Shown here piece by piece: positions 27,080 through 30,905 of a DNA stretch of 30,905 nt. The notes beneath the pieces were generated by a model that saw only the letters and a list, made by a program, of their open reading frames with translations, was not told the origin of the DNA and made no database searches. The translations under genes were made by a program, and so were the position numbers. This DNA comes from Candidatus Hermodarchaeota archaeon (GTDB lineage Archaea; Asgardarchaeota; Lokiarchaeia; Sigyniarchaeales; SOKP01). Position 1 is the first letter of the stretch, and every line of letters starts with the position of its first letter. The stretch is from positions 1 through 30,905 of the forward strand of contig JBHLLP010000040.1 of NCBI GenBank assembly GCA_048885525.1, in the 5' to 3' direction.

Positions 27080-28891
27080 ATGGGTGTAGAATCCAAAAAT
27101 GAAAGTACTAAAAAAAAAAAGCCAAAAAAGAAAAGAATATTTGCTGAGCATAAACCATTGGTTGTTGGAAGTATAATTGGTGTTGTAGCAATCGCGGGTA
27201 TTGTGGGCGGTATTGTTTTATTTTTAGGAGAAGAACAATATGGAGGTACTCTTACGAAAGCATACTGTGGGCTTTGGTGTAATGATACACTTTGGAGTTG
27301 GGAAGATTGGTCTGTTGGTGGTTGGAATGGTATGGGTAGCTCCGTAGACATAATAGATCAAATTGCAGAAGGGCTTTTTGAATATGAGATAACCGATGAT
27401 TATAGCGCTATTGTGCCAAATCTAGCAACAGGATTCGAATGGAGCGATGATTATTTAAATTTTACATGTCCTCTTAGAAAGGGGGTTAAATTCCACGATG
27501 GAACCCCATTTAATGCTACAGCAGTGAAACGGACTTTTGAACGGCTCCATAATTTAATAGACAATATAACATATTTCTATAGCCCTTACGTTTGGTATGA
27601 TGATGGGGAATTGATTATAAATAGAACTGAAGTCATAGACGACTACACTGTAAGGTTTGTATTGAACAAACCATTTCCTCGATTCATGTCATTGTTAGTT
27701 AGGCGTGATACATATATATTATCACCTAGAGCTGCTCCATTAAATGCTTTTATCGATACTGATACTGCCCTTATTGGAACTGGACCTTTTAAATACGATT
27801 CCTCTACGTTTCTATATGACCCACCTTCTGAGACTTATTATACGGCAAATACTACTTTACTTGCTAATCTTGATTATTGGAATGGAAGGCCAAAACTTGA
27901 TAAATTGGTTTTTAAAAATTATGAGGAACTAGTAATTTTTGATAATTGGAACCCCCAAAAGTTTGAAGATTTGGTATCCGGGAAGATACAATTAGCAAAT
28001 ATTTTTCCATTCACTATCCATAATGAAAATTACACTCAATATCCAGGAATTACCCTACATCCCTTTGATAGCTTATATATACAATTTATTACTATAAATA
28101 ACAATTTAATTAACACTACAATGAGGAAGACACTCTCTTACGCTATTAATTATAGTAAGATACTGAATTGGGAAAACATTCGGTATGAAGGGGGTGTTAT
28201 AAGATGTCGATCACCGGTTTCAAAAGGATTGCCCTACTCTAACTGGGAAGATTTTGACGTTCCAGATTATAATCTTACATATGCGCGACAAGTATTAAAA
28301 GATGTGAATTGGAATGGAACCGCTGGAGCCTTGACTGCGAATGATAATATCACTGCTGGAAATGAATGGGAAAGCCTTGTAACTAATGGAACACCTCTCG
28401 CAATATACAATTATACATATAAAGTTACTTCGGCCCCCCAATTTTATTATAGGTATATACTTGTCGAAAATTTTAAGCAAATTGGAGTTGAGGTAAATCT
28501 AATTCCAATTGTGCAAGGTGAGGAGTGGAAGTATGCATGGTCTCATTTTCGCTATGCTGGTTGGGGACCAGATTATTTTGATCCTTGTAGTAATATTAAC
28601 ACGTTGTTTTCAAGTAAAGCAGATGGAGATGGTAATTTGGGAAATGTAAATGATTCTTTAGTCCAACAATGGATGGAAATGGCCTTTTTAGAAACGAATG
28701 AAACTGCAAGAGCAAAATATTATTATGATATTCAAAAACGTCTTATCGAAGTTGTCTACCCATGTTTATGGACCTATACGGAAAGATATTGCATCGTTCA
28801 GGGTTTTTACCATGTAACTAGTAAAACTTTAAAGGGCATTAACTATAATCTTGTTCCTTTAAAATTATCATTAAAGGATGCCCATTTCTGA
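27080..28891 (+). CDS. ABC transporter substrate-binding protein, family 5 (DppA/OppA-like)
   Basis: PNLA, LRKGVKFHDGTPFNATAV, IGTGPF, GWGPDYFDP; N-terminal basic stretch plus TM anchor. Confidence 0.9.
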   Translation: MGVESKNESTKKKKPKKKRIFAEHKPLVVGSIIGVVAIAGIVGGIVLFLGEEQYGGTLTKAYCGLWCNDTLWSWEDWSVGGWNGMGSSVDIIDQIAEGLFEYEITDDYSAIVPNLATGFEWSDDYLNFTCPLRKGVKFHDGTPFNATAVKRTFERLHNLIDNITYFYSPYVWYDDGELIINRTEVIDDYTVRFVLNKPFPRFMSLLVRRDTYILSPRAAPLNAFIDTDTALIGTGPFKYDSSTFLYDPPSETYYTANTTLLANLDYWNGRPKLDKLVFKNYEELVIFDNWNPQKFEDLVSGKIQLANIFPFTIHNENYTQYPGITLHPFDSLYIQFITINNNLINTTMRKTLSYAINYSKILNWENIRYEGGVIRCRSPVSKGLPYSNWEDFDVPDYNLTYARQVLKDVNWNGTAGALTANDNITAGNEWESLVTNGTPLAIYNYTYKVTSAPQFYYRYILVENFKQIGVEVNLIPIVQGEEWKYAWSHFRYAGWGPDYFDPCSNINTLFSSKADGDGNLGNVNDSLVQQWMEMAFLETNETARAKYYYDIQKRLIEVVYPCLWTYTERYCIVQGFYHVTSKTLKGINYNLVPLKLSLKDAHF

Positions 28892-28958
28892 TAAATTAAA
28901 AATAACAATTAATTTTTTTAAATACTTTTAGAGTGTGAAATCTGAAAAAGCCTCTTTC

Positions 28959-30008
28959 TTACCCATTCGTGAACTTTATAAAATAACTACTTCCTGAATA
29001 TATATATGTTCTGTAAAATGAGATATTATAATTTCCTATTCCAGGAAAATTATCAGAAATGCAGATCACTCGCGCTTGCCAATACTCTTTTTCATTAATT
29101 TCTGGATAAGAAGTAAAGCCTTCAAAAACTGCATCTTCAGGAACATTTCCCATTCCATGAAAAGTAAATGCTGCTTCCACATCAGGCGTGTTGTCAGTAT
29201 AAGAAGCATAAATATTTTCAGTTTGTACAATAGCTGTACCTGTTATATTAAACCTTATTGCGGTATCCTGTTTTATATCAATTAATATATTTCCGTTGGA
29301 AGCAGCACCATTACTCGCTAGGTCTTCAGGTGTAAAGAAATAATTATTTGTAAGATTCCAAATACTATTCTTAGTATAATTCACGTTATATAAGCTTAAT
29401 TCAATATATCCCTTATTTACAATTCCTGTTATATCACCTCCAATACTACAGTATTTGAAATCAAAAAAAATGTTCCCTTTTTTACTATACGCTTCTAGAT
29501 TATTAATAGTTGCCTCCCCTTCTACTAGTAGAGAAATATCACCTTCCTTCATTATCGAAGTGTCAATATTGAATAGTATCGTGGGATTGAGAGTAAGAAT
29601 CACTTCAATATCTTTTTCTTTCCATATCATTTCATTAAAATCGTTTTCTGCTATTAACTCCATTGTTAAGGTGAGCGAGTTGCTTGTAGAATCATTTTCA
29701 ATATTGAAGTAATCATTATAATTGTTGCTGGGGATATTTTGACCAATCATCTCAATATTAAGATCTACTCTCGCATGATAATCAACTGGGTCATAAGTGT
29801 ACTTTATATCGACATTACCGACATCAATTTCAAGCTTTAAATCTATAACTGTTGAAGAATTGAAAATAAATTCTTGATAATCTTTATAATCAACGGTAAT
29901 GTAAGGTGAGAATCCTATTGTTATGAGAATGATAGGTATTGAAATAATAGTACTGAATCCAAAAATAATCATTAAGCCAATCGTTAAAATGCTTTTATTC
30001 GCTATCAT
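28959..30008 (-). CDS. Membrane-anchored adhesin-like beta-repeat protein, distant paralog of 16257..17351
   Basis: N-terminal TM; IDVGNVDIKY vs CDVGKININY, shared YNxxYTxNSIW and N(I/V)TG segments. Confidence 0.65.
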   Translation of the reverse strand: MIANKSILTIGLMIIFGFSTIISIPIILITIGFSPYITVDYKDYQEFIFNSSTVIDLKLEIDVGNVDIKYTYDPVDYHARVDLNIEMIGQNIPSNNYNDYFNIENDSTSNSLTLTMELIAENDFNEMIWKEKDIEVILTLNPTILFNIDTSIMKEGDISLLVEGEATINNLEAYSKKGNIFFDFKYCSIGGDITGIVNKGYIELSLYNVNYTKNSIWNLTNNYFFTPEDLASNGAASNGNILIDIKQDTAIRFNITGTAIVQTENIYASYTDNTPDVEAAFTFHGMGNVPEDAVFEGFTSYPEINEKEYWQARVICISDNFPGIGNYNISFYRTYIYSGSSYFIKFTNG

Positions 30009-30165
30009 TAAATCAGTAAATAGAAAATTTGATCATTAACTTATAAGAGATTTCAATATAAAAAATTTAGTTTCACATAAGGATCTAGGCTTAATTTAAA
30101 TAAAAGTATCTCTTATCTAATTAATTGTATAAATATTATAAAATTCAATTTTTTGGTGAATCTTA

Positions 30166-30905
30166 ATAGTAATATTCATCACTTTCGATCCGATCGAGCG
30201 CTTTCTTTCAAGTTTAACAATTTCTGCCCTAATTATTTGTAGTATATTTTTTTTATACCAAGGTAGAAAAAAGGATATTTATCATGAAAAAATACTAATG
30301 TATGGTTTCTCTAGTTTATGGTTTAGTATTGGATTGACAAGAATCTTTTTTTACTTTAGCGATTATTTATTAGAAGGCACATATACAGGCGATATAGAAA
30401 GTATTTTTCAATCAAATAATCTTTTATTTATTCTAATTTATTATTTCTACGTATACCTTTATATTTATCTGTTTGTAAATATAATAATTCTATGTTTTAT
30501 TTTTATCTGGTTTTCTATTAAATTAAAAGCGGAGTTTAAAGCAATCTCTTCGATGATGGCAATCGGATTTACAACATTTTTAATTGGATGGATTTTTGAA
30601 GCAACACCACTAAAAAGTTTAAATCTAATGGTACCCGGAATATCATCATTACTCATTTTTTTTGGGGTAATAATCGCTGCTTCTCCGTTAATTCTTAATC
30701 TTGAATTCTTTTATAGACCCTTAGCTAATTGGACAGTTATAACCTTAATTAGTTGTATTTTGATATTTTTAGGTTTAACAATTTTTACTAATGTAGCTTT
30801 ATCTGTTATAAGTTTAATAATAATTTGGATTTCAGCTTCCGTACTTGTTTTGGTTATAGTTTATGTAATAATGAACATGGTTAAGAGGGCTAGAGCTCAA
30901 GAAAT
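30166..30905 (+). CDS. Polytopic membrane protein, runs off the window end
   Basis: Frame open from 30160 to the end with about 7 hydrophobic segments; GGTGA SD at 30155-30159; first ATG only at 30298, ATA 30166 start proposed. Confidence 0.75.
   Translation, partial: MVIFITFDPIERFLSSLTISALIICSIFFLYQGRKKDIYHEKILMYGFSSLWFSIGLTRIFFYFSDYLLEGTYTGDIESIFQSNNLLFILIYYFYVYLYIYLFVNIIILCFIFIWFSIKLKAEFKAISSMMAIGFTTFLIGWIFEATPLKSLNLMVPGISSLLIFFGVIIAASPLILNLEFFYRPLANWTVITLISCILIFLGLTIFTNVALSVISLIIIWISASVLVLVIVYVIMNMVKRARAQE

Noticed and set aside
27107-27140. NLS-like KKKKPKKKR in the solute-binding protein
   Set aside because: Explained as the positive-inside segment before the TM anchor
2472-30656. Antisense or nested track ORFs (e.g. 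2472, 3976, 6236, 6375, 6997, 7648, 7946, 10268, 11234, 15301, 17529, 19345, 21126, 22431, 24563, 25048, 26599, 26923, 27744, 28295, 29076, 29455, 30465)
   Set aside because: Shadows overlapping well-supported genes, with no motifs of their own

Overview
Very AT-rich, densely coding archaeal DNA, most consistent with an Asgard archaeon (Lokiarchaeia). The evidence is a Rab-like small GTPase, an SDS22-type LRR protein, SCP2 proteins, IPGF-TM-basic (Loki-CTERM-like) surface proteins, GGTG(A/G) Shine-Dalgarno sites and oligo-T terminators. The window holds about 30 mostly unlinked metabolic and cell-surface genes: fumC, aconitase, glutamate dehydrogenase, M28 and C15 peptidases, TatD, flavodoxin, AlaX, a family-5 ABC solute-binding protein, a NosD-like beta-helix protein and two adhesin-like repeat proteins. 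No rRNA, tRNA, CRISPR array or mobile element was found. Signals missed by the ORF track: (1) three paralogous CxxC-x13-CxxC zinc-ribbon microproteins (36-50 aa) upstream of alaX; (2) the first ends TGA-TAA, with the TGA aligned to a Cys of its paralog and followed by a SECIS-like fold (speculative selenoprotein); (3) two genes appear to start at non-canonical ATT/ATA codons behind good SD sites; (4) an SCP2 / VAO-type flavoprotein / SCP2 cluster; (5) a 47-aa unannotated ORF. All calls are by-eye motif recognition; no searches were run.
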